Below, in pieces: positions 28,681 to 39,000 of a stretch of DNA of 52,707 nt (positions are counted from its first letter, which is position 1; every line of letters starts with the position of its first letter). This DNA comes from Candidatus Hodarchaeota archaeon. Lineage in GTDB: Archaea; Asgardarchaeota; Heimdallarchaeia; Hodarchaeales; Hodarchaeaceae. The position numbers were made by a program, and so were the translations under genes. The notes under the pieces were generated by a model that worked only from the letters and a program-made list of their open reading frames with translations, had not been told where the DNA came from and made no database searches. Location of the stretch: the NCBI GenBank assembly GCA_016839785.1, contig JAEOTQ010000088.1, forward strand, positions 1 to 52,707, given 5' to 3'.

Positions 28681-29279
28681 GCTTAGATTTACCAGAACCT
28701 GATTTTTCACTCTCAGAGGTATTTTATTTATCTTATTCAAATATCAAAAGGAGATTTTTCCGTTCTATTATAACAGCGTTGGGAATTATTTTAGGAATCG
28801 CATTTATGGCTGCCTTATTGACAAATTCACTTATTTTAGATTGGCTACAGACAGAATCAGGTGTTGAAGCATATCAATACTGGTTAGTAGGGATTTCATT
28901 GATAGTTGCCTTCGGGGGAATTACCAACTCCATGTTGATGGCTGTTAACGAAAGAGTGAAGGAAATCGGGGTTTATAAGTGCATTGGAGGATTAGATTCC
29001 CACATTGTTCGTCTATTCATAGTAGAAGCCCTACTCTTAGGAATATTGGGTGGTTTCTTTGGAGCAATAATTGGTATCGGGATGGGAATTGGAATAAATT
29101 TAAACCGTGCTTCTTTAGACGAATTAACAGTCATTCTTGAAGCAAATTTCTCAACGCTACTCATACTTTTTTCAGCTTGCATTCTGATTGCAATAATACT
29201 AACATCACTCGCGACCTATATCCCAGCTCGAAGAGCTTCTAAACTTTCACCAGCTGAAGCTTTAAGATACGAAAATTAA
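28677..29279 (+). CDS. Minimal FtsX/MacB-type ABC permease lacking an extracytoplasmic domain
   Basis: NIKRRFFRSIITALGIILG, NSMLMAVNERVKEIGVYKCIG, LFIVEA, PARRASKLSPAEALRYE; 4 TM segments. Confidence 0.9.
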   Translation: MSLDLPEPDFSLSEVFYLSYSNIKRRFFRSIITALGIILGIAFMAALLTNSLILDWLQTESGVEAYQYWLVGISLIVAFGGITNSMLMAVNERVKEIGVYKCIGGLDSHIVRLFIVEALLLGILGGFFGAIIGIGMGIGINLNRASLDELTVILEANFSTLLILFSACILIAIILTSLATYIPARRASKLSPAEALRYEN

Positions 29280-29294
29280 TATGGTGGTTTTAAT

Positions 29295-30017
29295 ATGAGT
29301 TTAGAAGAATTTGTGGTTGAGATTGATGATGTTCACAAGGAATATACCTTAGGAAAGGTTATTATACATGCTCTTCAGGGAATTTCTTTTAAAATTAAGC
29401 GAGAGGAATATGTTTCTATAATGGGGCCCTCTGGATCAGGAAAAAGTACAATTTTCAATGCAATTGGCGGTTTGGATACAGTTACAAGCGGAGAAATTTA
29501 TATAGACCAAGTAGACATAGCTGAATTGGATGCTTATGAATTAGCATGGTTAAGGAACAGAAAAATTGGATATATTTTCCAAACATTTAACTTACTGCTT
29601 GCATTTTCTGCACAAGAAAATATTGAAATTCCAATGGTATTCGCTGGAGTTCCAAGAGAAGAGAGGAGAAAAAAATCAAAGCATATTCTGAATTTGGTAG
29701 GCTTAGGTGATCGAGCTAGGAATAAACCAGGTCAGCTATCAGGAGGACAACAACAGCGAGTGGCAATAGCACGTGCACTAGCAAATGATCCCGCAATTAT
29801 ACTTGCCGATGAACCAACTGCAAACCTCGATTTAGCAACTGGTTTAGAAATAATTGGATTACTCAAAAAGCTTAACGAAGAGCAAGGAACGACAATTGTC
29901 TCCGCTACACACGATCTAAAAATGATTAGCATAAGTGATAGGATTATCTGGATTCGAGATGGTAGAGTGGATAGAATTGAAGACCGAGCTGACATCCAAG
30001 TAGATGCAATGAGTTAA
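29295..30017 (+). CDS. ABC ATP-binding protein, LolD/MacB family
   Basis: GPSGSGKST, IGYIFQTFNL, LSGGQQQRVAIARAL, ADEPTANLD, THD. Confidence 0.95.
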   Translation: MSLEEFVVEIDDVHKEYTLGKVIIHALQGISFKIKREEYVSIMGPSGSGKSTIFNAIGGLDTVTSGEIYIDQVDIAELDAYELAWLRNRKIGYIFQTFNLLLAFSAQENIEIPMVFAGVPREERRKKSKHILNLVGLGDRARNKPGQLSGGQQQRVAIARALANDPAIILADEPTANLDLATGLEIIGLLKKLNEEQGTTIVSATHDLKMISISDRIIWIRDGRVDRIEDRADIQVDAMS

Positions 30018-30021
30018 TGGA

Positions 30022-30768
30022 GTGAAGAAATTGTCAGAAGATATAACCATACGGATGGAGAATGTTGTAAGAACGTATCAAATGGGTACTCAAAAAGTTA
30101 AAGCTTTAGATGGAATTTCTATATCCATCCCACGGGGCGAATTTCATGTCATTATGGGTCCATCTGGATCAGGGAAAACAACATTTCTTAATATGGTTGG
30201 TGCACTAGACGTACCTTCGGAGGGAGAAGTCTATTTTGAGGGTGTTCCTCTTTCTAAAATGACTCAAAAGCAATTAGCTTCCTTGCGATCTTATAAAATC
30301 GGATTTATCTTTCAAACATTTAATTTAGTTCCAGTGATTACGGCTTTGGAAAATGTTGCCCTACCTTTAATCTTCCAGAAATATCCCCGAAAAGAACGAA
30401 AAAAGAGAGCAGAAGAAATGTTGGAACGTGTTGGTTTAGGCGATCGCATGAACCATACTCCTGATGAATTATCGGGAGGACAACAACAACGTGTGGCTAT
30501 TGCCCGTGCACTCGCGGGAAAGCCTAGTCTTGTCTTAGCGGACGAACCAACAGGAAATTTGGACTTAAAAACAGGATTTTCAATCGTTGAATTATTAAGA
30601 GAAATTTCACACGAAACTGGAGTAACTGTAATAAATTCGACTCACGATTTAAAATTAATTGATATTGCTGATAGAATTTCGTGGTTACGAGACGGTACTA
30701 TAACAAGGACCCAAAAAAGGATTGATGTATCAATATCCTCCGAAGATGTGACTATTCCATCATATTAA
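30022..30768 (+). CDS. ABC ATP-binding protein, LolD/MacB family (second paralogue)
   Basis: GPSGSGKTT, IGFIFQTFNL, LSGGQQQRVAIARAL, ADEPTGNLD, THD. Confidence 0.95.
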   Translation: MKKLSEDITIRMENVVRTYQMGTQKVKALDGISISIPRGEFHVIMGPSGSGKTTFLNMVGALDVPSEGEVYFEGVPLSKMTQKQLASLRSYKIGFIFQTFNLVPVITALENVALPLIFQKYPRKERKKRAEEMLERVGLGDRMNHTPDELSGGQQQRVAIARALAGKPSLVLADEPTGNLDLKTGFSIVELLREISHETGVTVINSTHDLKLIDIADRISWLRDGTITRTQKRIDVSISSEDVTIPSY

Positions 30769-30860
30769 CACTCTATAAAGAACATTCTTCAGGAAAAAAC
30801 TTAAAAGTTGACAGAATATCTTAAAAAAATACGTTAGATGTAAAATTTGGTGAATAAATT

Positions 30861-31046
30861 TTGGCAGAAAATAGTGATATTATTGCTGGTGTGTGTGTAG
30901 TATTAGCTCTACTACTTGCTATTTATAGTACTCCTGTAATGAATGAAATAGGCGAATTATTATTGTTTCTAATTGAAATAGGATTACTCATAGTAATAGT
31001 AGCGACTGCAATTTATGGACAGCGTATGTCAAAAAGTCGAGGATGA
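30861..31046 (+). CDS. Small 2-TM membrane protein
   Basis: Two hydrophobic helices, basic tail, GGTGA RBS upstream of TTG. Confidence 0.6.
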   Translation: MAENSDIIAGVCVVLALLLAIYSTPVMNEIGELLLFLIEIGLLIVIVATAIYGQRMSKSRG

Positions 31047-31072
31047 TTTTTTCAAACCATCCATTAAATGTC

Positions 31073-33499
31073 TTAATCAATTGGAGTAAGGACGACATTT
31101 AGGATCTCCCCTTCATTCAAATCGAAATTTACTCCGGTATTGAGTGTTTTTCGTGAGAGTGTAAGAGACCTTGTACCTTGTTTTTCAGTGAGTGAGTGCA
31201 TTCTCATCTCATAGTTCATATGTTCTTTTGTGTGAAAAGAGATTCGACATTTTGTATTTTCAAATAACGGATTGTAAATTACGAAATTTAGCTTTTTGGG
31301 AGGAAAAATGTCCATCAATGAAAAATCGAATAGATCTAGATTTAAAACCATTATATTAGGATTTGTACTATCTGCTAATGCCTCAAACATCAAATACAAA
31401 TAAATTATTTCCCCAGCACCGTAGATTTCCCTTCCTAAAGTACCTGTCCATGTTCCTTTTGGGGAATGTTCCTGGGAAGATGAAAAATGATGCGGTGTTT
31501 CTAGCATTTCAAGATCTTCAAATGGAATGTATGGGCAAGGGGTGTCTCTTCTCGGAGGATAAATAAATTCTTTGGGTAAAACACTTGAAAAAAAGTAGAA
31601 GGTGTTTATTCTGACTAGATTCAAGAATTTCATCACCCCTCTTGGGAGAAATCGATTGTTTTCTTCTTTCATCGCTGTTTTAAGAAACATTAGCCAAGGG
31701 AGAATTGATTCAATATTTTCTTTTACAGCGGGGTATCGAATCCCAATACATGCCATTGGTAATCCTAAATTTGACCTTTTCCCCTTCCAATCAAACGAGT
31801 TGTCATCATACCAATAAAACATTCTTAATTCATTCAACAAGAACTTTCTCGCTAATTCTAAATAGGTACTTTCCTTGGTAATTTTTGCAAGTTCAGAAAA
31901 TCCTGAAACTGCGTAAGCTATTTCGAATGGTTCCCAAAATAATGAATCTGGAGAAAATTTGGCCAATTTTTTTGCGCTTCTGATTGCTTCCTCAAGATAC
32001 TGACTTTCTTGAAATAGATAATAAGCTTGTATAACGATGTACAGGTGGATACCTAAGCAGGCATAATTTTTTGCTTTTCTTTTCCAAATAATGTCCTCTT
32101 CACCCCGTGATTCCTTCAGGATTGCTTCCCTATATTTATTAGAGTCTAAGATTTCTTTTAACGGTTTCAGTGAAAAGGGGTCGTAAAATGCTGTAATTTC
32201 ATAATTATGTTTCTTAACGAACTCTGTTGATCTTTTTACCATATATCTAAACGTTTCGATATATTGTGGATCTGTGGATATCAGAGGGGCTAGTCTGATA
32301 GTCCAACCAAATCTCAAAATTGGTTCAAAAAAATACCATGAATCTCCAATTGAATTTTCTGTGGCTTTAATTATGTTATGGCCTTTATCAGGGTCATATA
32401 CTACATTATTATAGAGAAATTTTGAAACTGGGTCAATAAAGTGATTTAAAGTCTGATACATCTGACTTACATGATTTTTTTGTTCTGGATATCGTTTTAG
32501 AGACAAATACAACATCCAAGGTGAGAGAAGGTCGAGCAATGTCATTGTTTCGAATACATTGGATCTTCCAATTGCTTTTCTTCGTTGAAGCTCGGATTCA
32601 TCCATTACGTAAGCAAAGTATTTAGGAAATTTTGGATCAACCCAGCAATACTTCTCCTTCAAAAGATCATTGATGCATCCTTCTGCAAATTTGGTCCAAT
32701 TTAACCCAGCTCTGGGAAAGGGAACGCTTCCTGGTACTAATTGAAAACACTTTGTTACTAGATTCTCCATTAAGTCCCATTGAGTTGGTCGTTCTTCATT
32801 GTATTCTTGAGTAATATAGTAGTCAAATATTATTGTTGTTCCCTTAACAAATGTAATTACTGATTTAAGAGGAATACGATGTACTAAACCCATTTTTCCA
32901 CTTGAATGAACTCCACATTCATAGATTGAAAATCGTTCTATGTTTCTTGGAGACATCCAATCCATTGTTGTGAAGTCCATGAAGAAAAAAATTTGTACCT
33001 TCGATTCGGGATTCCAAACTGCTGTGGCTGGCATATCATTTGATTTCCATTCGTCAGTAGAAGGAGTATGACGACTTGGTTGTCGAATGGTAACAAAATC
33101 ATCAAAAAAATGACTTTTCGGTAATAGGTCAATTTTTATTTCAGGACCAGTTTCAGAAAAGGTATAGTCCTCTTTAAATTTTATCTTCGTTTTGAAATGA
33201 ATCCAGGGATGGAATTTGGGTTGAGAGTTAACTTCTGTCGATATGTCAAGCCCTATTTCTTCTCTATTTCTAAGTTGAAGTCCAATACGACCTTTTCTTG
33301 GATCTCGCTGAATATCAGTTGCAGAGATAGTAACACCTTTTTCTAAGGTAATAAGTGGTATTTTTGCACTTTCCAACCATTTATCATTTATTCTAGATTG
33401 TAAAAGCACTGTATAGTGTTCTTCTACTTTTTTTAATAGGATTGATTGATCTTCCGTTACCACTAACTCATCTTGCATTGATTTCATGGGAATTACCAA
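31073..33499 (-). CDS. Uncharacterised cytosolic alpha/alpha-barrel glycosidase-like protein (paralogue of 47754..49613)
   Basis: Shares DSWY, EP.EIA, KENIESIL, EIYGAGE and YLMFEAL with 47754..49613; no signal peptide. Confidence 0.65.
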   Translation of the reverse strand: MVIPMKSMQDELVVTEDQSILLKKVEEHYTVLLQSRINDKWLESAKIPLITLEKGVTISATDIQRDPRKGRIGLQLRNREEIGLDISTEVNSQPKFHPWIHFKTKIKFKEDYTFSETGPEIKIDLLPKSHFFDDFVTIRQPSRHTPSTDEWKSNDMPATAVWNPESKVQIFFFMDFTTMDWMSPRNIERFSIYECGVHSSGKMGLVHRIPLKSVITFVKGTTIIFDYYITQEYNEERPTQWDLMENLVTKCFQLVPGSVPFPRAGLNWTKFAEGCINDLLKEKYCWVDPKFPKYFAYVMDESELQRRKAIGRSNVFETMTLLDLLSPWMLYLSLKRYPEQKNHVSQMYQTLNHFIDPVSKFLYNNVVYDPDKGHNIIKATENSIGDSWYFFEPILRFGWTIRLAPLISTDPQYIETFRYMVKRSTEFVKKHNYEITAFYDPFSLKPLKEILDSNKYREAILKESRGEEDIIWKRKAKNYACLGIHLYIVIQAYYLFQESQYLEEAIRSAKKLAKFSPDSLFWEPFEIAYAVSGFSELAKITKESTYLELARKFLLNELRMFYWYDDNSFDWKGKRSNLGLPMACIGIRYPAVKENIESILPWLMFLKTAMKEENNRFLPRGVMKFLNLVRINTFYFFSSVLPKEFIYPPRRDTPCPYIPFEDLEMLETPHHFSSSQEHSPKGTWTGTLGREIYGAGEIIYLYLMFEALADSTNPNIMVLNLDLFDFSLMDIFPPKKLNFVIYNPLFENTKCRISFHTKEHMNYEMRMHSLTEKQGTRSLTLSRKTLNTGVNFDLNEGEILNVVLTPID

Positions 33500-33560
33500 C
33501 GTAAACTTATACTTTAAATTTTCGATTTATTTATGTAAGTCCTTCCCAGATTATTAGAAG

Positions 33561-33578
33561 AAGTACTATTTAGTACTT
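33561..33578. promoter_or_regulatory. Perfect 8-2-8 inverted repeat AAGTACTA-TT-TAGTACTT, candidate operator
   Basis: Seen directly in the divergent intergenic region 33500-33795; function is inferred. Confidence 0.5.
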
Positions 33579-33620
33579 TGAACGGATATAGTATAATTGG
33601 AACTGAACTCAGTTTAGTAA

Positions 33621-33647
33621 AAATTAGGTAAATTAGGTAAATTAGTT
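33621..33647. repeat. Three tandem 9-bp direct repeats (AAATTAGGT x2, AAATTAGTT)
   Basis: Seen directly. Confidence 0.8.
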
Positions 33648-33710
33648 AAAAAATACCCCACGTTATTTCTGTGACTTGAGTCCTTCTTTGATCGTATCTA
33701 TTATCTTGGT

Positions 33711-33723
33711 AAAAGTTTAATAA
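33711..33723 (+). promoter_or_regulatory. Candidate BRE/TATA box for the 33796-42462 operon
   Basis: AAAAGTTTAATAA about 75 bp upstream of the ATG; AT-rich background lowers specificity. Confidence 0.35.
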
Positions 33724-33795
33724 CACATTAGTATCGTTCCTACGAGCTAATTAATTTTTACTATTCTACCTTTCCATCAGGTTTGCGTGATTTAA

Positions 33796-35982
33796 ATGAG
33801 TTTAGACGCCGAAAAAACAGAAAATTCAACAGATATAGATGAACTAGATCAGCCTCAAACTGGATTAACAAAAAGATCGTTATCTATTGGTTTAGTGGTC
33901 TTATTATTATGGGGATTAATGAGTATTTTTGCTGGAAACTTTGGAGAGGCTCCAGCAATTTTCATAGAGGAAATGAGTATTCTCTTCCCCTTCTTCCTGT
34001 TAGTCTTTGGTCTTCAAGCTCTCGAAAGAGTACGAATAAGAGGTTTAAAACTAACCCGTCAGGAGTTAACCTTTATATGGGGTTTATTGGTGGTTGGTAT
34101 CCCCATAACTAATTCTGGGTTTCTTGCTGGAAGATTATTATTAAATGCAATGTACCCCCTTAGGGGTGAGTCTCCACCACCCTCAAATTTTGCACCTTTC
34201 TTCTGGGGCCCGTCTTCCGATGAGTACTATGCCTCATTTGATGGAGGTGTTTTACCTAACCTTGGGGAGTGGTTAATTCCAATTATATTTTGGGCAATAA
34301 CATCTATTGCTTGGGCTTTTATGTGTTTATTTTTAATCCAGATATTCAGAAAACCTTGGATCGACGTTGAACGATTATCTTTTCCACTTGCACAGCCAGT
34401 TCAAGAGCTTTTAGAAGCACCACTTGCTAAACCACATGAAAGAAGAAGGAGGTACACGTGGTTATCCTTTGGAGCATTACTAGGTATAATTTGGTCCTCA
34501 TTTGAGTTTCTGAGAGTCGTTTATCCTGAATGGGGAGATATATTCGAAGATATAGATCTCTTAGGAATTCAACCTGGAAAAGCCTGGGCAGTCCGGATTG
34601 ATTTCGGACAGGTATTCGGTCTTAGCCAATTTTTACCTAATGCTTTTCTTGAGTCACGTCCAGAACCAGTAATGATTGCTGTGTTTCTCTTAGTATCCTT
34701 GAATGTACTACTATCATCATTAATTTTCTTCTTGTTATTCTGGGTGCTTATCCCAATTTTTCAAACAGAAATGGGTTTGATAGCACCTCCTACTGGCCCT
34801 CCCTGGGCATCACCTCCTGATATTGATTTAGGTTTTGCTAAAGGAGGTGGAATGTCTCTCTTCACATTTGGTGAATGGGGAATTCTTTTCGGATGTGCGT
34901 TTTGGGCAATAATTTTACAACGCCGGTACCTTTGGAGAACAATTAAAGCTATTTGGGATCCCAGTGTCATAGACGAAACTAATGAACCTATTCCTTATCG
35001 TGCCGCATGGATTGGATTATTCGTCTGTTCACTGATTTTTACAATGTCTTTAATTCTAAGTGGAGCACCATTGATCGGTGCTATTTACGCTGTAGTATTC
35101 CTCCTAATCGCATATGTGGCTGGAGCGAGGCTTCGAGCGGAAACCGCAGGTATGGGAATAGGGCATCCTGGATACGTTCATCTACATGGTATACATTCTG
35201 TACGAGTTCTCATTGGAGTAGATGGTGACAATAAACCATTAGATCAACCAGGGTTCTATGTAACTGCATTGTGGATACAATTTTTCCAGAGAGATGCAGC
35301 TCCAGCTTCCCCTGCTATCTCAGCATTAGAATCTTATAATATCGCTCGGATCACGAAGACACGAACCAGAGATATTTTTAAAAGTCATTCTATTGCAGTA
35401 GTTGCTATTATTATCTTGTGTTTGACCGTGTGGCCTCTTTTCGCGTATTTCTATGGTCTGAGTAATGAATGGTCAGGAGAAGCGGGTCATAACTTCGATT
35501 ATACCGAAGCAGCATATCAATTAGTAACTGGAGGTTACTGGGATTTCACGAGTTATCGGGTTGATATATGGGGACAAGCAATCTTAGGAATAGTTTTCGC
35601 AATAGGGCTTAACATTATTCGTCTAGGTAGCCCTTGGTTCCCATTAAATCCGATCGCAGCTCCCATTCTTCTTAGCCTACGTGGTGGTTACTGGTGGTTA
35701 CCAATCTTAATAGCCTATATCCTAAAATATGCCGTAGTAAGAATTGGTGGAACAAGAGCTTATACAACAGTTCTTTTACCTGGAGCCGTAGGTTATCTTT
35801 TAGGCACAGCTGGCTTATGGGGTTTCTCACTGGTCTCTATTATGATTCCCGCAATCTTCCCAATGATAATATTTAATTCTGCAGCAGAATTTATCTATTA
35901 TTATGGCGTAGTCCTCCTCATTTGGATCCTTTCTATCGTAGGAATCTTTTATTTCTTCTTAAAAGGATTAATTGGTAGATGA
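33796..35982 (+). CDS. Polytopic OPT-superfamily-like membrane protein (DUF6785/DUF6784-like)
   Basis: About 16+ TM segments; GLTKRS, LTRQEL, W..W..P..FW, WIDVERLSFPLAQ, RLRAETAG, PWFPLNP, YILKYAVVRIGG...Y. DUF assignment is from recall. Confidence 0.7.
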   Translation: MSLDAEKTENSTDIDELDQPQTGLTKRSLSIGLVVLLLWGLMSIFAGNFGEAPAIFIEEMSILFPFFLLVFGLQALERVRIRGLKLTRQELTFIWGLLVVGIPITNSGFLAGRLLLNAMYPLRGESPPPSNFAPFFWGPSSDEYYASFDGGVLPNLGEWLIPIIFWAITSIAWAFMCLFLIQIFRKPWIDVERLSFPLAQPVQELLEAPLAKPHERRRRYTWLSFGALLGIIWSSFEFLRVVYPEWGDIFEDIDLLGIQPGKAWAVRIDFGQVFGLSQFLPNAFLESRPEPVMIAVFLLVSLNVLLSSLIFFLLFWVLIPIFQTEMGLIAPPTGPPWASPPDIDLGFAKGGGMSLFTFGEWGILFGCAFWAIILQRRYLWRTIKAIWDPSVIDETNEPIPYRAAWIGLFVCSLIFTMSLILSGAPLIGAIYAVVFLLIAYVAGARLRAETAGMGIGHPGYVHLHGIHSVRVLIGVDGDNKPLDQPGFYVTALWIQFFQRDAAPASPAISALESYNIARITKTRTRDIFKSHSIAVVAIIILCLTVWPLFAYFYGLSNEWSGEAGHNFDYTEAAYQLVTGGYWDFTSYRVDIWGQAILGIVFAIGLNIIRLGSPWFPLNPIAAPILLSLRGGYWWLPILIAYILKYAVVRIGGTRAYTTVLLPGAVGYLLGTAGLWGFSLVSIMIPAIFPMIIFNSAAEFIYYYGVVLLIWILSIVGIFYFFLKGLIGR

Positions 35983-36003
35983 TAATGGATCCCGATTTGA
36001 AGG

Positions 36004-39000
36004 ATGGCCCAGTTATGTAATCAAAATAGGAGAATAATGATCTTGAGATTCACCAGAACCTTATTCTTCTTTTTTTTCCTATTCTCCTTTGTGGTAAGTA
36101 TTCAAATTTTTTTTGAGGAAGTTCTCATTCAGGAAGATGGAGAAGAAAGAATAGTTAATCTAACAGAACCAGAAGCATTTAACTCGATATCAAAGACAAT
36201 CGATTTTCCAGGATTTCAAGGACTAAGTGAGCAGATAAATCAAACCTATTTTGCTAATATCCAAAGTCATATCACAAATTTTTCCACGTTTGATCAAAGT
36301 AGGTTTACCGGATATCCTGGTTATGAGTCTGCAGCCGCTTATATCCGAGATTTTTTTATGAGTCAAGGGTTAGAGAATGCATCTTTCCTTACTTACCCTC
36401 TTTTAGTTCCACTTGATAAAGGAACTATGATTGAAGTGAATGGAGAAAATTATACAGCCCACACCCTCATGCCTAATTCACTCAATCCTGGAAAAACTGC
36501 TTCAGATGGTGTAACTGGCAATCTGATTTATGGAGGTAAAGGTACTTATTCCGAATTAGATGGTAAAAAGATAGAAGATGCAATTGTTGTGCTAGAATTT
36601 AATTCTTTGGACAATTGGATTAATGTAGCTAGTTTAGGAGCTAGTGGAGTTATTTTTCTACCCACTGACGAAACAAATCGCTTTGAGGCTGAAGAAAAGG
36701 TGTTGGATATCCCTCTTCACTTCCCAAGGCTCTATATTGAAAATCAAACAACTGCTACAGCAATTAAAAATTTATCAATGCAAGGAGATCAACAAATCAC
36801 AATTTTTTCTGATATGGAATGGACATCAATAGCTGCAAAGAATGTCATGGGATTATTACCAGGGATAAGTGAGGATATCATAATTATTTCTGCTTATTTC
36901 GACTCAGCATCAATCGTTCCAGCTATAGCTCCAGGTGCTGATGAAGCCTGTAGTATTGCATCAATGTTAGAGTTTATTCGAATTATCAAGGATAATAGTA
37001 TTGTACCTGAGAAAACCATCATGTTTTTAGCTCTTTCAGGACATAATCAGCAAGCTGCTGGAGCAAGAAATTTCGTGGATCAGTATTATAGCTCCTTAAA
37101 TGTAAATAAAGGGATCAAACTATTTCTTTCTTTCGATCTTTCGTCCACTAATAATAAGATCGCTATCAATCCCTATGGTTATTTGTACAAATTCCAACTT
37201 CAATATACAACTGGAAATCGACTTATTACAAAATTAAAAGATATTGCTCAAGATTTCTTCCTTAGTTACACAGATGCAATTATGAGTGAATCGGACTATT
37301 CTTTTAATGTAAAATCATATGTCACAAATCAACAATTTAAAGATATTGCTCCTATAACATTTGTCGGTGATCATGAACCTTTTATTGCATCAAATGTATT
37401 AGGATTATCTTTATTTACATCCGAATCCCATCGTTTGAATTTTAACACTCCCACTGATTTGTACACACACATTTCGACGCGAGAATTTGATTTTCTAAAA
37501 AATCAAGTTGTCTATAGCCTTTGTGCTCTCGCGCAACTTATAGTTGATGTAGATCTTAACCCAGTTTTATCAAATCTGGAAAACAAACAGTTCCAATTAA
37601 AAGTCGCCACAAATGCGCATGTTGGTTACGGATACATTGAAGGATTTGTAAAACAATATGATGAGACAAATGCATGGTTAATTGATGTTCCAAACGCGCT
37701 CGTTAGAGTTAGGGCTTATAGCAATCGTGATAGCAGTTTTGGAGAATATTCTTTCATTACACGAGCAGATGAAACTGGATATTACCAAATCCAAGGAGTC
37801 TCCTCCTCACAACCAGATTATCCTTTAGTATTTATTGTAGATGCATATTTGTTTGATTCTGAAGGGAACCTAATAAAAGCCATTGATCTTGGAACGAGAG
37901 GACAGTATTTCAAAAATTCTAACTCTTTAACAAAACGAAGAACCACTGTAAATCCTACTGTATTTGATTGTGGTACACTTAGTATTTTTGGTATTTATCA
38001 TCCCTTTACACAAGTTAGTGCTGCTCAAAATCTTGATTATACCGTAATAGATCCCCAAACTCGAAATCTATTTTTCTCTTATGGATATACTGGATTAAAA
38101 ACAGTGAGTTTAGTGTTCGTACAGCCAGATGTTCCTTCAATTGCAGTAGGAAAATATAACGATGGTATACTTGGTGTCTACGCAACAAATTCTGATAATC
38201 AAACTTTACGTGGAAAAGGCTTCACTCTAGGGCATGGAGAGTTTGAAAATCTTGGTTACTCCTCATTTATCACTGCTAGAGATCTCCTCTCAGCTACTCA
38301 GACATATATATCCTTGTATAGCCTTTATAATATCTATGATGCATTAGTCGAGAGCACTTATCACACAGCCTCAGAGTTATTAAATACTGCAACTGCTTTG
38401 AAAAACGACTATCAATATTCACAGTCAATTGCAACAATAATAGAATCACATACTTGGGCGTATGACTCTTTTAGACAAGCAAGAAAAGTTATACAAGATG
38501 GAACTACCACATCCATATTCTTTGCGATTCTCCTAATTCCATTTGCTTTTGCTTTATCCGCATTATTATTTGATTTTGACAGCGGGATTAAGCGAATCTT
38601 AGCTACAAGTACAATATATGCGGCCGTATTTGGATTCTTTTATTTGATCCATCCTGGGATGCACCTTTCAAGAAATATTGCAATGATAATTATAGGAGTA
38701 GTTGCAACAATATTCGTATTTCCCGCCTTATTCATGATATATCAAGAGGGATATGACTTTCTCAAGAGTTTACGTCTCAAACAGCTTGGTTCACATTTTG
38801 CTGACACTTCAAGAACTTCAACTTTGTTAATTGCTATGAGTACTGGAATCTCAAGAATGAAGAAACGAAAAGGTCGAACAGTCATTGCACTATCAGGGAT
38901 TGTACTCATTACGTTTTCCTTAACTCTTTTCACATCCGCAACAACTCAGATTACTACGTATTCTAAAGGAGAGAACCAAGATATCGCTTATGAAGGCCTT

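Noticed and set aside
28677-30768. Ordinary macrolide or lipoprotein exporter (MacAB/LolCDE)
   Set aside because: No adaptor or LolA; the permease lacks an ectodomain and the context is glycan catabolism.
33621-33647. CRISPR array or replication iterons
   Set aside because: Only three contiguous 9-bp units with no spacers; no cas, orc1 or rep gene.
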